Below are positions 37,095 through 48,837 of a stretch of DNA of 64,000 bases, piece by piece. This DNA is from Gekko japonicus (taxonomy: Eukaryota): positions 553,602-617,601 of the forward strand of contig NW_015163112.1 in NCBI RefSeq assembly GCF_001447785.1, given 5' to 3'. Each line of letters begins with the position of its first letter. Within the stretch, counting starts at the first letter, position 1. The notes below the pieces were generated by a model, which saw nothing but the letters and a program-made list of their open reading frames with translations, had not been told where the DNA came from and searched no databases. Made by a program: the position numbers and the translations under genes.

Positions 37095-37860
37095 TTAAAA
37101 AAACAGTTCCTTCTTAAGCGTAAGTTCTTGGTAGAGTTTGTTGTGACCTTGATATTGTTTTAATTGAACAGGATTGTTTGTTAACTGAAATTCCGTATAT
37201 GCGGACCTTACTGGGTTTTTCACTGATAAACAGTCTGAGTCAAACCAGGACAAGGGCTTATAAGAAACTGCGGTTGTAGGTTTGGCAAGAGAATCAAGCA
37301 AGTCTACTAATCGATGGTAAAAGAAAGCCTCTGTATGGAAGTCCCCTACTCCCCCCACACACTGTCTCTCTGGCACGATAAGCTATGGGAACAGTTTGTC
37401 ATGGCTAAAATTAATGGCCTACGTCGAGAGACCCAGTCACCTTACACCACATCACATACGAAATTTAGAAGGCTCTGGTCACCGGTGGTGAAATATATGT
37501 CAAAATACGAAATTCTCCCCACAAACATGAATTATCACAGATGGTTCTTATAACGCATCGCTCACTCTAATAATCTAGACAGTTGAATAAGTCTACATCT
37601 ATTGAACGGTCAATAACACTAGTCAATGGTGCAAACGTTCAGAGGAGACATTAGATAAAATGTTGAGTAAAGTATAGTAAATAAGATCATTTAGATTTTA
37701 ACCAGGGTTCCTTAAAGTTCATAGTTTAACCACTATACATTCATTTACTGTATACCCCTTGGATGCTTTTGAGTTTGTGTTGTTTCTTTCTCTTCATTTG
37801 AATGTACTTTTAAGTAAAAGAATAAAAATATAAATTAAAAAAAAAGTAAAAGAAAGTAAC
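37095..37860 (+). mobile_element. L1/Tx1-like LINE 3' fragment interrupting an L2 remnant
   Basis: Peptide PHTLSLWHDKLWE...FRRLWSPVVKY, AT-rich 3' UTR, A-rich tail at about 37810-37855. Confidence 0.55.
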
Positions 37861-38152
37861 ATCGGGCTGATGAAGAAAGTAAAATGGGTGCCAGGCGAGC
37901 CTGAAGGGAAAGTGTTTTAGAGGCAAGGGGCCACCACAGAAAATGCCCTGCCTCTTGTTGCTGCCACCTGCCTTATTTCTGAAGGCGAGGGCACAGAGAG
38001 CAGAGACTGAGGGGCAGATCTCAGCTGGTGGGCAGGACAATGTGGGAGGATGCGGTCCTGGCTTCGTGCCATTTAGAGTCTTAAAGGTAAGACCTAGCAC
38101 TTTGAATTCTGCCCAAAGACAGAGGGGTAGCCAGGATAGAACTTCAGGCACA
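37861..38152 (-). mobile_element. L2 LINE 3' remnant
   Basis: LSWLPLCLWAEFKVLGLTFKTLNG resembles the L2 motif LHWLP..RI.FK.L.LTFKAL.G. The tail is probably at about 36918-37090. Confidence 0.65.
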
Positions 38153-38734
38153 GGGATGGTGTGGTGCGGTCCCTGCAGCCAACCCCTGACAACAGCAAAC
38201 CAACAGCCAGTGATGCTTCTTTGGTTATATGCATTTGCCTTTAATGCTTCTTGTTCCTGAAGCTTGGGTGTGTGTGTGTGTGTGTAAGATAACCAGATCT
38301 AAAAGGCCAGGGTCGTCATTCCAAATCTATTGTCTAAAAAATACAAAACGTATAAACTAACCATAAGAAGATCCCACAGCCAGATAAATAGCTGAAGTCA
38401 TTTAAATACCCACCGTTCTCCCCCTTCCTCTGGTCTGGCTTGAAACTTGCTATTTTCCTGTAGAATAATATGTGTGTGTGTGAGTGTGTGTGAATGCATG
38501 TTTCAGTAAACAAGAAATGTGGCAGGATATAGAATTTTAATAATACTTACATTCTGCACAGGAAAAAGATGCCTTCTTCACTAGCGATGTAAAATTTCTG
38601 GAAATGTTGAGGGGGGGCGGAAGAAAACTTTCCCCCCATTTTTTTCTGGGAACCCCCCCCCCAGAAATATTTGGAAAAACTGGAATACATGCAGTAGTAA
38701 GTTTCCTATCAGACTTACACTTTTTTGCCTGAGC

Positions 38735-38918
38735 AGTGTTCGAGTTCAGCGGCACCTTAGAGACCAACAAGGTATCCAGGATAGAAGCATTTGAGAATCT
38801 GAGCTCCCTGACGAAGGGAACTCTGACTCTCAGACGCTTGTAACCTTGAAATCGAAGGTGCTGCCGGATTCAGGTCTCGTCCTCCTACTGTAGACTGACA
38901 CGGCTCCCGTCCTGAAAT
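38735..38918. mobile_element. Penelope-like terminal-repeat remnant (inverted arrangement)
   Basis: ggcaccttagagaccaacaag...ctgacgaagggaactctgactctc...aaggtgctgccgga. Relatives at about 28261-28380, 29590-29720, 10490-10550 and 21445-21500. Confidence 0.55.
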
Positions 38919-39151
38919 GATCTTCTTTGACGGAGTTAACGATGCACAATCTATTACTTAGGATAGAAAATTGTACTGTTTGGCACATTTCTGTAATTTA
39001 AAAGTTTAATGGCTTTCTTTTCTGTGCGAATTGCAAGTATGCTAACTGCTGCACTCGCTGCTGCCATAACACGTAGCTTTAATTTTTTTGCCACCTGAGA
39101 AGTAGGCAAAAATAAAAGTTGAGGGCAGAAAACCCGTCTCTTAGACCCGAC

Positions 39152-39368
39152 CAATGTTCCCTCTAAGCTGAGTTAGGGTGAAGTTAGTGTGAGCTAGCTC
39201 ACGGTTTTTTAGCCTCCGGCTCACACCTTTTTGTCTTAGCTCAGGGAGAAGGGCTCCAGAGCAAACTGATTCATGCAGCAGCCAAATCGCTCGCTCACCA
39301 CTTTAATGCCGGTAGGTCACAAAGTAGAATTTTTGCTCACCAGACTCCACAGCTTAGAGGGAGCATTG
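39152..39368 (+). mobile_element. About 205-bp hAT MITE family C (TIR CAGTGTTCCCTCTAAGCTG), representative
   Basis: 19-bp TIR and 8-bp TSD. At least 11 more copies: 4871-5479, about 5955-6147, 7598-7802, about 14546-14745, 26376-26539, 49994-50199, 50517-50720, about 52637-52841, 52850-53054, 63652-64000, 63751-63957. Confidence 0.88.
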
Positions 39369-39825
39369 GCCCCGACAGGTAGGACTGCCAGCGTGTTTGG
39401 ATATTAAGCTGCATTTTAGAACATGGAGAACACCAAACTCCTCACCGATGTGTTAGCGTTAAACACATTACAACGTACTTAATTGTTGCCCAAATTATCT
39501 ACATTTAAACAAAGCTTTTAATGTTTATGCCTGCAGTATAAGAGGGGGTTTTATTTAGTGCCTTCTGAAATTTCCCAGTTATTCTAGTGGAAAAAATGAG
39601 AAAGTTCTCAGACTTCTCCGTGCAGCACATTCGGAATGAATGAGTGAAATGCTTCGAAAGACGTGGTTTTTCTCACTCAAAACAAGAAAATATTGCATAA
39701 GACTTTTTCAATAATTTCCGTTGGGGAAGCTGAAAAAAGTTCTCGTGCTTTTTTCCACGCTGAACACTCCCGAGTGTGGAGAGCCTTGCCTCAGGAAGCA
39801 TTTTATTCATTTTCAAAAAGAAAAT

Positions 39826-39945
39826 ATTTCATGAGAATTTTTTCAGCCCTCCTCCAAATTTGGAAGCAATGGGGGGTGGTCCTCATTTCATGAGATTTTT
39901 TTTCAGCCCTCCCCCAAATTTGGAAGCAATGGGGGTAGTCCTCAG
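39826..39945. repeat. Tandem duplication, 2 x about 60 bp
   Basis: atttcatgaga..ttttttcagccctcc.ccaaatttggaagcaatggggg..gtcctc occurs twice. Confidence 0.9.
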
Positions 39946-40271
39946 GGAAAAAATGAGGGGGGGGGATCCCGCTGGTTTTTCGAGCTTTCACATGTCTGGG
40001 TGCATCTCACCTGTAGGATGGATTGTATGAGGATTCCTCATTACAGTGATGCTCAGCCTGATAATGGAGATTTGCACTCACCTTATTTATTTCTTTATTT
40101 TTGTCCCTGATTTGTCTCCGTAGGTCTTGGCTCGAACTCTCGGGGGAGAAAGACCTAGCTGGACAACATAGATGGAGGCTCTGTGATGGTACCTCATTGC
40201 TCGCCAGGAGGCCCTTAGCTTGCTCTTCCCGGCCAGTGAGGAGCAAAGGACAACTCTTTCCGATGTGAGCA

Positions 40272-43200
40272 ATGGCCGAGGGAGATGTTGCCCTAGCCTG
40301 CGAACCCTCGGCCGGGCAGGAGGAGCGTCCGTACAAGTGCAAGCAGTGCCCCCGAAGCTATCGCCACGCCGGCAGCCTGGTGAACCACCGACGCACCCAC
40401 GAGGTGGGCCTTTTCCCCTGCTTGCTGTGCCGCAAGGATTTCTCCAACCCCATGGCCCTCAAGAGCCACCTGCGCACCCACACGGAGGAGAAGCGCCACA
40501 AGTGCCGGGACTGCGGTCGGAGCTTCCGGGCCTCGTCCCAGCTCAGTAGTCACCGCTGCATGGCTCATGCCAGCCGGGACCAGGAGGAGGAGGAGGAAGA
40601 GGGGAGTAACAGCGGGGGCTGCACCTCCCAAAGGGGCCAGGATACCTCTTCTTCCGACGCCGATACCTACTCCGGAGCAGAAGGCGGCGGGAGCCTGCTG
40701 ACCAACCTGGAGAAGTACATTGCGGACTCGGTGGTGCCGGCCGACTTTTCCCTGCTGGAGTTCTCTATCAAGAGGGATGCGGAGAAAGAGGAGGCGCTCC
40801 AAGCGCACCGGGGGGAGAAGGAGGCGGGGCTCCGGGACGCAGCCGTCGAAGAGCGGCGCTTCAAGTGCAACCAGTGCCACAAGGCCTACAAGCACGCCGG
40901 CAGCCTGACCAATCACAAGCAGAGCCACACGCTGGGCGTGTACCAGTGCTCCATGTGCTACAAGGAGTTCTCCAACCTCATGGCGCTCAAGAGCCACACG
41001 CGCCTCCACTCCGAGTACCGGCCCTATAAATGCCGGTTCTGCCACCGAGCGTTCCGGCTCCCTTCTGAGCTGCTGAGCCACCAGAAGGCTCACGACGAGG
41101 AAAAGACCGAAGCGGCCGGTCGGCCCACCTGGGACGGTTCAGAGCACAGCCTCTGGGAGGAGGACTCCATCGAGACCTCGGCCAAGTTGGACATTTACCA
41201 GCCTCCGCCGGCAGGCACCAACTTTGGAGACAGCGCCCCCTGCAGCCTCAAAGACGCATCCAAGGCAGGCGGTGGGGAACGCTGCAACCCAGACGGGGAG
41301 CTTTGCGTCCGCTGTGGCGGCACCTTTGCCAACGAGGAGGAGCTGAAAGGGCACAGCTGCCTGTATCCAGAGGAGGCGAACGAAGAGGAGGGGGGAGGCA
41401 GCATGCCCTCCCAGCTGGCCCCCGGCTCCAACGGGATATGGGAAGCTAGCCTGAAGGGCGAGGAGGACTATCACACGTTGGAGGAGCGGCCCTTCCGCTG
41501 CGAGGATTGCGGCAGGACTTACCGGCACGCAGGGAGCCTCATCAACCACAAGAAGAGCCACCAGATTGGGGTGTACAGCTGCACCGTCTGCTCTAAACAA
41601 CTCTATAACCTGGCCGCCTTGAAGAACCACTTGCGGGTCCACCTCAAATCCAAGCTTGGGTTGCCGGCGCCGGAGGAGGCCTCCGAGCATCCCTCTGTCA
41701 TCTCAGACTCGCAGCAAGAGGAAGACAGCCCCAGAGAGCCCGGAGATGGCCGCATCCAGCCACCAGACATTTGGGGGGGAGCATCCTCCCCGAAAGAAGA
41801 CGAAAGTGGTGGCGGGGAGGAAGAGCGGCCATACCGATGCGGGGACTGCGGGCGGAGCTATCGGCACCGTGGCAGCCTCGTGAACCACCGCCACACCCAC
41901 CAGACTGGGGTCTTCCAGTGCTCCATCTGCCCCAAGCAGTACACCAACCTCATGGCGCTCCGGAATCACGTCCGGGTGCATTTGCGAGCGGCCCGGCTGA
42001 GCAGCAGGGAGCCCGTCGACTGCCTGACCTGCACCAGCTGCGGAGAGAGCTTTGAAGAGGAGGCTGGATTCCAGCTCCATCAGCTGCGCCACCTGCCCTG
42101 CAGCGAGGACATCGAGGCGGCAGCCATCCCGGGGCTCGGGGGCTTCCATCCCCAGGAGGCTGATCTCCTCCAAGCCATCAAGCAGGACGTGGAAGCCCTG
42201 GAGAACGGAGCGGCGGTGGCCGAGGACATCCTCCCTTCCTCCGAGATGCCGTACGTCTGTAACCAGCGCGGGATGACTTTTGCCAGTGTGGCCAGCCTGC
42301 AGAACCACAGCCTGCCGCATGGGGGCGACAGAGAGCGGCTCGGTGGAGCGGCTGAGAGGCCCGAGTCCCCCGCTCCCGTCCAGCGCCTCTACGGCTGCGA
42401 TCTGTGCGGCAAATCGTACCGCCACTCGGGGAGCCTCATCAACCACAAGCAGACCCACCAGACGGGGGACTTCAGCTGCTCGGTTTGTGGCAAGCACTTC
42501 CAGAATGTCGCCTCTCTCAAGAGTCACTTGCGTGGGCATCAGAGGCCAAGGAGGGCCCACTCAGGAACGGCTGTGATGGCCAACACGGATGAAGATGCCG
42601 AAGCGGGGGAAGGAGCTGCTCTGCCTGGGGTGCCCCCCGCCGGCGAGGAGGTCAGAGACGGTTATGGCCTTCTGGGAGATGGGGCTCGAGCGAACGGCCG
42701 GCAGCCGCAGTCGGATGCCCCCTTGCCGTCACCAGGAGACGGCGAGGTGCCCCCCTACCTTTGCGAGCAGTGCGGCACGGGTTTCGACCGAGCTAGCAAC
42801 TTGGAAAGCCATAAGCAGACCCACCAGTTGGGCATCTACCAGTGTTCCCTCTGCCCCAAAGAATACCCCAGTCTCTTAGCTCTGAAGAGCCACTTCCACG
42901 GGCACACCAAGGCCACAGCACTGAGCCGTGGCAGCCCCGGTGGGAACGACGGTGCCGAGGAGCCGCCTTTCCTCTGCAGCCTCTGCGGCATGATCTTCCC
43001 GAGTGAGGAGGCTCTCCAGCACCATCATGACTCGGCGCACGAAGAAGGGGAAGGGCAGGCGGGTGGGGAGGATGCCGAGCTGAAAGCGGTCACCCGCGCA
43101 CAGGTGGAGGACGCCGAGGATCCCGGAGAGGAGCAGCTGCTCTCCCACATCTGCGGCTACTGCGGTGAGACGTTCGACGACATGGCCAGCCTGGAGGAGC

Positions 43201-45266
43201 ACAGCGAGGGGCACCAGGAAGAAAAGGCCGCAGCCCTGGCAGACACCTCGATCCAGCTCCGGCGGGCGCCGCGCGTGGAGGAAGATCCGCCACGGCTGTC
43301 GCCGGCGGAAATGTCAGCTGCTGCCGACGAACCCTCGGACGACAGGCCGTATGCTTGCGGTCAGTGCGGCAAGACTTACCGGCACGGCGGCAGCCTGGTC
43401 AATCACAAGAAGATCCACCAGGTCGGAGACTACCAGTGCGGCGCCTGCTGCCGGCAGTACCCCAATCTGTCTGCCTACCGGAACCACCTCAGGAACCATC
43501 CGAAATGCAAGCTGAACGGCAGCGTCCCGGAGGTCCGGCAGCCGGTCCCCATAGGAGCAGAGGGCCCTGCTGCTGGTTGTCAGAAGGACGCGGCCCCTGA
43601 CGGCCAAGTCCTGGTGCACGAAGGGGGGAGAGATCCACCAGGGGAGCCCTCCTTTTTGTCTCCTGGCAGAGAGCAGCGTCCCGGGCAAGAGGCAGCATTG
43701 AACCGTAGCCCGCCCGAGGCGCAAAAGACTCTGGTGGGTGACATCTGCGGGGAAGAACCTGACGAGAAAGCGGCGCCGGAGGCCCCTCATGGGCTCTGTG
43801 CTGCAGAAGAGAAGCTGGGACAGGAGGAGACGTCGGCCAGAGAGGAGGAAGCGGCACCCGCAGGAGGGGAGGAAGACAGCGGCCCTGGCGCCGAAGAGGA
43901 GGGCTCCCCGTCCGAGCGCCCCTTCCGGTGTGAGGCCTGCGGGCGCAGCTATAAGCATGCCGGGAGCCTGATCAACCACAAGCAGGCGCACAAGACGGGC
44001 CTCTTCCACTGCAGCGTCTGCCAGAAGCAGTTCTACAACCTCATGGCCCTCAAGAACCACCACCGCACTCACTTTGAGACCAAACGCTACCGCTGCCCGG
44101 AGTGCCCGAAAGCCTTCCGTCTGCAGAAGCAGCTGGCCAGCCACCAGCGGGTCCACCGTGATAGAAAATGGGACCCCTCGTCCCGTCCCTCCAGGAGGCC
44201 CCCTCACGCCAGGCGGGCGGGCAAGAGTGAGGATTCAGCCCACCCTCTTAATGCCGCCAAGCACCGCCCGGATCCTGAGGAACGCCCTTACCAGTGTGGG
44301 GAGTGTGGGCGCACCTACCGCCATGCGGGCAGCCTGCTCAACCACCAGAAGAGCCACAAGATCGGCCACTTTGCCTGCCCGCTGTGCAGCAAGGCGTACC
44401 CCAATCTGATGTCTCTGAAGAACCACCAGCGGATCCATTACGAAGTCAAACGCCACCGATGCCTGGACTGCGGGAAAGCTTTCAAGTGGCAACGGCAGCT
44501 GGTGCGGCACCAGCGCCGGCCCCATCCCTGTAGCAGCAGCACACCGGGGCAAGAGCACGAGAGGAACCCGCGGGCTCCTGAGAAGGAGAGGGGAGGGAGT
44601 CGCAGGGAATCGCCCCTCGGCCCCTTCCACTGCGTTTTGTGCTCCAAACAGTTCCCCAATCGCACCTCGCTACGGAACCATGCCCGCGTCCACTCCAAGA
44701 AACGCTTTGAGTGCTCGGAGTGTGGCAAGGCGTACCGGGCATCTCGAGATCTGACACGCCACCTCAGGAAACACCGGGAAGAGGCGGAGGCGGAGGACGC
44801 CGAGGGGGACTCTTCCTCCTCCTCCTCCTCCTCACCCATGTATCCGAACACCAGTGCGCCCCCGGAGGAGGAGCGGCCCTACAAATGTGACAGCTGTGAC
44901 CGGACGTACCGCCACGCCGGCAGCCTCCTCAACCACAAGAAAGCCCACGCCACTGGCCTCTACCGCTGCCCCACGTGCCAGAAGGAGTTCTACAACCTCC
45001 TGGCCCTCAAGAGCCACCTTCACACCCACACGGACAAGAAGCGCCACCGGTGTTCTCCCTGTGGCAAAGCCTTTCGGACTGCCAGGCGCTTGGCCGCCCA
45101 CGCCAAAGTCCACGGCGACCCCAAAGAGGAAGGGGCTCCTTTCGCCTGCCCTGTCTGCTCCGAGGTGTTCTCCCAGCAGCTCAGCTTCCAGCAGCATCAG
45201 CTGGCGCATGCCAGGGACTGTGGGCATTCTGCCGCTGGAGATGTTCCCCCCCGGGACGGGAGCTGA
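40272..45266 (+). CDS. ZNF646: Zinc finger protein 646 (multi-cluster C2H2, 1664 aa)
   Basis: 5-kb ORF with the ZNF646 hallmark YRHAGSLVNHRRTHEVGLFPCLLCRKDFSNPMALKSH and repeated two-finger modules. Acceptor tttgtctccgtag ends at 40123. Syntenic between ZNF668 and PRSS53. A spliced alternative C-terminus cannot be excluded. Confidence 0.93.
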   Translation: MAEGDVALACEPSAGQEERPYKCKQCPRSYRHAGSLVNHRRTHEVGLFPCLLCRKDFSNPMALKSHLRTHTEEKRHKCRDCGRSFRASSQLSSHRCMAHASRDQEEEEEEGSNSGGCTSQRGQDTSSSDADTYSGAEGGGSLLTNLEKYIADSVVPADFSLLEFSIKRDAEKEEALQAHRGEKEAGLRDAAVEERRFKCNQCHKAYKHAGSLTNHKQSHTLGVYQCSMCYKEFSNLMALKSHTRLHSEYRPYKCRFCHRAFRLPSELLSHQKAHDEEKTEAAGRPTWDGSEHSLWEEDSIETSAKLDIYQPPPAGTNFGDSAPCSLKDASKAGGGERCNPDGELCVRCGGTFANEEELKGHSCLYPEEANEEEGGGSMPSQLAPGSNGIWEASLKGEEDYHTLEERPFRCEDCGRTYRHAGSLINHKKSHQIGVYSCTVCSKQLYNLAALKNHLRVHLKSKLGLPAPEEASEHPSVISDSQQEEDSPREPGDGRIQPPDIWGGASSPKEDESGGGEEERPYRCGDCGRSYRHRGSLVNHRHTHQTGVFQCSICPKQYTNLMALRNHVRVHLRAARLSSREPVDCLTCTSCGESFEEEAGFQLHQLRHLPCSEDIEAAAIPGLGGFHPQEADLLQAIKQDVEALENGAAVAEDILPSSEMPYVCNQRGMTFASVASLQNHSLPHGGDRERLGGAAERPESPAPVQRLYGCDLCGKSYRHSGSLINHKQTHQTGDFSCSVCGKHFQNVASLKSHLRGHQRPRRAHSGTAVMANTDEDAEAGEGAALPGVPPAGEEVRDGYGLLGDGARANGRQPQSDAPLPSPGDGEVPPYLCEQCGTGFDRASNLESHKQTHQLGIYQCSLCPKEYPSLLALKSHFHGHTKATALSRGSPGGNDGAEEPPFLCSLCGMIFPSEEALQHHHDSAHEEGEGQAGGEDAELKAVTRAQVEDAEDPGEEQLLSHICGYCGETFDDMASLEEHSEGHQEEKAAALADTSIQLRRAPRVEEDPPRLSPAEMSAAADEPSDDRPYACGQCGKTYRHGGSLVNHKKIHQVGDYQCGACCRQYPNLSAYRNHLRNHPKCKLNGSVPEVRQPVPIGAEGPAAGCQKDAAPDGQVLVHEGGRDPPGEPSFLSPGREQRPGQEAALNRSPPEAQKTLVGDICGEEPDEKAAPEAPHGLCAAEEKLGQEETSAREEEAAPAGGEEDSGPGAEEEGSPSERPFRCEACGRSYKHAGSLINHKQAHKTGLFHCSVCQKQFYNLMALKNHHRTHFETKRYRCPECPKAFRLQKQLASHQRVHRDRKWDPSSRPSRRPPHARRAGKSEDSAHPLNAAKHRPDPEERPYQCGECGRTYRHAGSLLNHQKSHKIGHFACPLCSKAYPNLMSLKNHQRIHYEVKRHRCLDCGKAFKWQRQLVRHQRRPHPCSSSTPGQEHERNPRAPEKERGGSRRESPLGPFHCVLCSKQFPNRTSLRNHARVHSKKRFECSECGKAYRASRDLTRHLRKHREEAEAEDAEGDSSSSSSSSPMYPNTSAPPEEERPYKCDSCDRTYRHAGSLLNHKKAHATGLYRCPTCQKEFYNLLALKSHLHTHTDKKRHRCSPCGKAFRTARRLAAHAKVHGDPKEEGAPFACPVCSEVFSQQLSFQQHQLAHARDCGHSAAGDVPPRDGS

Positions 45267-47713
45267 GGGTGTCCGCGCACGTGTACTCGTGTGGCAAGGA
45301 CGATGTGGCGGACTGAGCAGACTGTGAGGAAACAGGACGGGCTAGATGGGGAGAGGTCTCCGCTGGGAATGGTTGAACGGGAGAGGGACAGGAGGGTGTA
45401 CAGCAGCATATCTGGGGATAAAAAGGCAGAGTAGTTGGACGTTAGGGGCAGGGTTCCCTGTTCTCTGTAGAGCTCCCAGTTGGGGACCACATTCTCTCCC
45501 TGAATGGAATGTTGCATTGAGCACTCCCAACTAGGCCTCCTTTGAGTCACGGGGAAATGTTTCCCTGTGGCCACGTTATACCCTTTTGGGGGGGAAGTCT
45601 TGGATCCCCTTTGGAGAACTGACTTTTAGCACCTTGGAACCTTTCAAGCATGTGCTTTAAGCCCCTTGAGTTTTCAAATTTGAAAAGAAAAGAAAAGAAC
45701 AGCGGTTAAGTCTGTTTTAAATAGTCAGATGAGTAGCAGCCCCCACGTTTTAGCCGCCGATGGTATTTAAATAACTCCTTTAGGCAAAATCACAGAAGTA
45801 CTGTCTTAAGGGTGGGGTGGGGTGAGGGGAATGTGGCTCAGCTGCCGTGGCGGAGATGATCACCACAGTGTGGATTCGCTCTTTGGATCGCTGCGTCCCT
45901 CCGTGGGGAAAACTGTTCCTGGGGTGGGCCCGAACACCATGTTTTCAAAAACCTGTCCAAACTTGACACGTGTTTCTCTCCTTTTTTTTTTTTTTTTAAA
46001 AAGTTTTTAAAAGGTATTAACTGAAAGGTGACGCTGTTAATTAGAAACCATTTCTAGAGGCTACTGACTTAAAATGTCGTTATGTTCTGCGAGTCAGCGA
46101 GTTCTTTTCTGCAAAACTGGGCGCAAGCCCCATTGCGATGAGCAGGAGACACATGGAAAGCCAATGGGACAAGCTCTTTATGATCCTAATCCTGGGGCGG
46201 GGGATAGATCTGCCTGCCTGTGGCTACTAATAAGCTCTGCCTCCACCCAGTCTTTGTTGTGAAGGGCCCTTCAGAATGGATGGGGACTGGCTCCAGTCTG
46301 CCCGTATCCACACGCCATCCGGCCTTCCGCACTGGCCGGCGGTTTGTGACACTCAGCAGAGGGGCAATCCACACTCTCCCAGCAAGCCTTTGGGCGGCTG
46401 GCGCCTCCCGTGGGAGACAGCGGCCTGAGGCTTTTGGTGGCTTTTCCCCGGGCCAGCCCCTTAATCCCATTATTTGAATGACTTCTTTTCGTTTGGTTTT
46501 TGGCTCCCTTCAAGATTTAAAACCGATCCCTCTGCATTCAGAGTAGAGCCCTGTTGGGGCTCTACCCCTTCCGCCGGGAGAGGCTCGCGACGTCTCTCTC
46601 CAGCTTGACGCCCTGGCCTTCCTGCAGATTCGCTAAACTAGAATGGTTCTCCCCCCCAGTGTTTGTGTGTTCCGATTTCAGTCATTCTTTTTAAACTAGG
46701 GGAAAACATTTAAACACACACGGCCCCTTCAAGTACAAAGTGGCGCAGTCCGAACAGGACTCTTCTGAGTAGATCAGCCGGCTCTTGCAAACAGGATAAT
46801 GGTGATTGTATCAGTCAGTTCTGAGAGCACTGGGCAGGGGGCTCGGAATCGGTCTCAAGATCTTTCTTTTTTTTAAACGTGGCCTCAAACTTTGTTGGTT
46901 GCCAGTTTTTCTCTTCTGGTAGCGGGAGACCTGGAGAGAGGACTGATGGCATTCCACTGCTGGTCTGTGGCCAGCTCAGTCTCGCTCTCTCCCCCCTCGG
47001 CGTGTCGCAGATCAGCTTGTCCGGGGGCCAAAACCTTCAGAACGGCAGCCGCCCAAGCCCCTCCCTTCGATTGAAAGAGTAGCTATTGGTTAAGTAGCTG
47101 AGAATTCTCCATTTGTGGTGAACGTTTTGTAGGATTTCTAACGTAGTTGGGTAATTTTTTTTTAAAATGGGGGTGGGAGGGTCATCTGTTTGGGTTTGGG
47201 TTTTTTAAAATAGTCTGCTGAAACACGTTCTCTCCCCGCCTCCCCGGTTTTTATTTTGACACCCGAATGTACTAAACGTTCAAGTCCTATTTCATACCTC
47301 CACTTTTTTAAAAAGAAAACGTACATTTTGGCTCTTGAACAAGGAAAAACCCCTCATCGGTTTACCAAAAGTTTGTAGCGTTTCCCCTTCCCATCCCCTC
47401 CAAAAGTTGTCATAATTCAATATCTAATTAAATATCCTTTAGTGAGAATGTCCCTACAACAAGCATAGTTTTGTATGTGTGGGAAAAGGGGGTACCCTGC
47501 TCTAAATCCACAGGTGCTCTCTCCCCCCTGCCAGCCAGGGCAAGACCCCTTAGGAGTGTGGCCCCCCTAGACTCCCCTACTAGACCGTGCCCACTCAGAG
47601 GTGCAAAGTCTCTCCTCTCCTCTCCCTCCCCCATAGGACAGAATACATTTCCTACAGTTTCTGGCGACACCTGGTGTCCGTACTGGAGCTGTGAGACACT
47701 GAGAAATTCTGCA

Positions 47714-47719
47714 AATAAA
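47714..47719 (+). terminator. Probable ZNF646 polyadenylation signal
   Basis: AATAAA followed by a U/GU-rich tract, ending a repeat-free, UTR-like stretch of about 2.4 kb. Confidence 0.6.
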
Positions 47720-48837
47720 TTGTTCTTTGTTTCTTTTTTCTTTTTTTAAAGCATTTCCCCCCCCCCCTTTCTCTTATTTTCATTATCAAGTGTGCTGAAG
47801 CCAAGGGGGTGTTAACTCCAGCAGTGCAAAGTTCGGTTATCTGGACCTCAGTTATCTGTTAAGTGTGAGAGTGACCCGAATTCAAGGCCTGGTGCCGGTC
47901 TGATGGTCACAGGGTGTGGGGTACAGTCGCTGTTCAAAGAGGAGAGATTGCAGGCTAGAGGCGCCAGGCCAGCGGGCTGTTCGCATTCACTGCGATGGGC
48001 AGGGTTTGCCCTTTGGGGCGAGCACTAGCCAAAGGCGTTTTGCCCCCATGCCCAGAAAGGCAAATCTTACCTGGAATTGATAGATCTGCGAGGGGGCAGA
48101 GTTTCCCTTCAGGAGCTTTTTCTTGCCAGCACCAGTTGCCGAGGGGGAAGTCCTATTTCCGTAACCCCAAAGCGACCCTCATTCCCAGCAGAGCATTCCC
48201 GTGTGTTTTGGGCACGTTAAGCACCTGCACACCCTGCTTGTCTAGAGGCGAGTCATCCGTATCACCTTTCCAGAGCCTTGAAAGCAGAGAGGTTAGTCAA
48301 GAATCTGGAAGGTCTGTAGAAAAACTGTTTTAACAGTTTTCACTCACACTAGGTGAAGTCCAGGTCTACCACGGTTGACTTCTCAGGGCTGGTAGCACTC
48401 GGTCCTGAACAAAGGGGGTAAACATTTCTAGCTTGGATCCTCGGGTAGTTTCCACTGGCGGGAGGGGTTCCCATCCACGGACTGTGATGACCTGGCTTCC
48501 TCCCTTTTGGCACTGCCCGGGAGGCCCCCTGAAATGGTGCACCTGGGGAACAGGAGGGATAATAAGAGGGGAGGAGCCGGGGGGGTCTGCAGTGTGGGGG
48601 GGAGTGACTTGGGGGAATTGCCTCCTCCCCTAGTCTGAGAAATCCTCCTGTGGAGGCCAGCCCCTTCTCTGTTCCAGTCCTTAGAACCTGAAACTCCTTT
48701 ACCTCCCAACAAAGACGTTCGTGTGGTGAATCTGAAATTTCCGTTCTGTGTTTTGAGGGCTACCGAATAAGTCGTCGTCACCGCTGCGAGCATCAGTCTT
48801 CCTATGGTTCGGGGTGTGTGTGTGTGTGTGCCTATCG

